The translations under genes were made by a program, and so were the position numbers. The notes beneath the pieces were generated by a model. The model had not been told where the DNA came from and ran no database searches. It saw nothing but the letters and a program-made list of their open reading frames with translations. A stretch of 64,000 bases of DNA from Haliotis rubra (taxonomy: Eukaryota), in NCBI RefSeq assembly GCF_003918875.1, contig NW_025767679.1, positions 620,001-684,000 of the forward strand, read 5' to 3'. Each line of letters opens with the position of its first letter. Position 1 is the stretch's first letter. This document shows, one piece after another, positions 63,701-64,000 of the stretch.

Positions 63701-64000
63701 TTCCTTTCTCAGTTTGCAGACAAGTGACTGATTCAGTGTGATGTCATCAAAATATGTATTATATGTATTAGTGCAAGAATGGCAGATTAGTGACTACTTC
63801 GTATCATCTGCAAACCATAACTAAACTTGTAAAAACATAAGTTCTATTTCATCATCATTCATGTGCAGTATCTGGAAAAAAAGAAAGATATAGAACTGCT
63901 TTTAGTTCAGTATAAAGAGAAATGACAACCGGAAATATCTGTTATCAGTATTGACTCAGCAGAAGATTGGACCTTATCATTCTGATTTCAACTATAACCA

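Larger units (their letters stand above)
1..64000 (+). other. Probable interior of one very large intron (host gene not identifiable from this window)
   Basis: No convincing coding exons. CpG is depleted with TG/CA excess, consistent with invertebrate gene-body methylation. The + strand is T/G-rich, G-U-containing helices work on +, and there is one strong + strand splice cassette at 7311-7388. Confidence 0.5.

Overview
AT-rich, CpG-depleted animal genomic DNA, most likely a gastropod mollusc such as abalone (inferred from the SINE families, not verified). No host protein-coding exon chain is supportable, and almost all track ORFs look spurious. The window reads like part of one very large intron transcribed on the + strand. 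It contains three SINE families, many non-autonomous DNA transposons/MITEs, four minisatellites (50, 51-52, 35/70 and 41 bp units) and a 211-N gap. It also has a CpG-rich, intronless, gene-dense 2.2-kb island (31.8-34.0 kb) that begins AGTAGTAG and resembles a Maverick/Polinton-like or viral fragment. The main unexplained signal is dozens of non-repetitive, GC-richer blocks of about 150-500 nt, spaced about 1-2 kb apart by AT-rich spacers. Each block is packed with nested 7-14 bp helices whose G-U wobbles read correctly only on the + strand, suggesting an array of distinct structured RNA modules. The best two are a multibranch fold abutting a strong 3' splice site (7160-7388) and a pseudoknotted multibranch fold (21684-21809). 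All helices were found by eye; no folding, shuffling or homology search was run.
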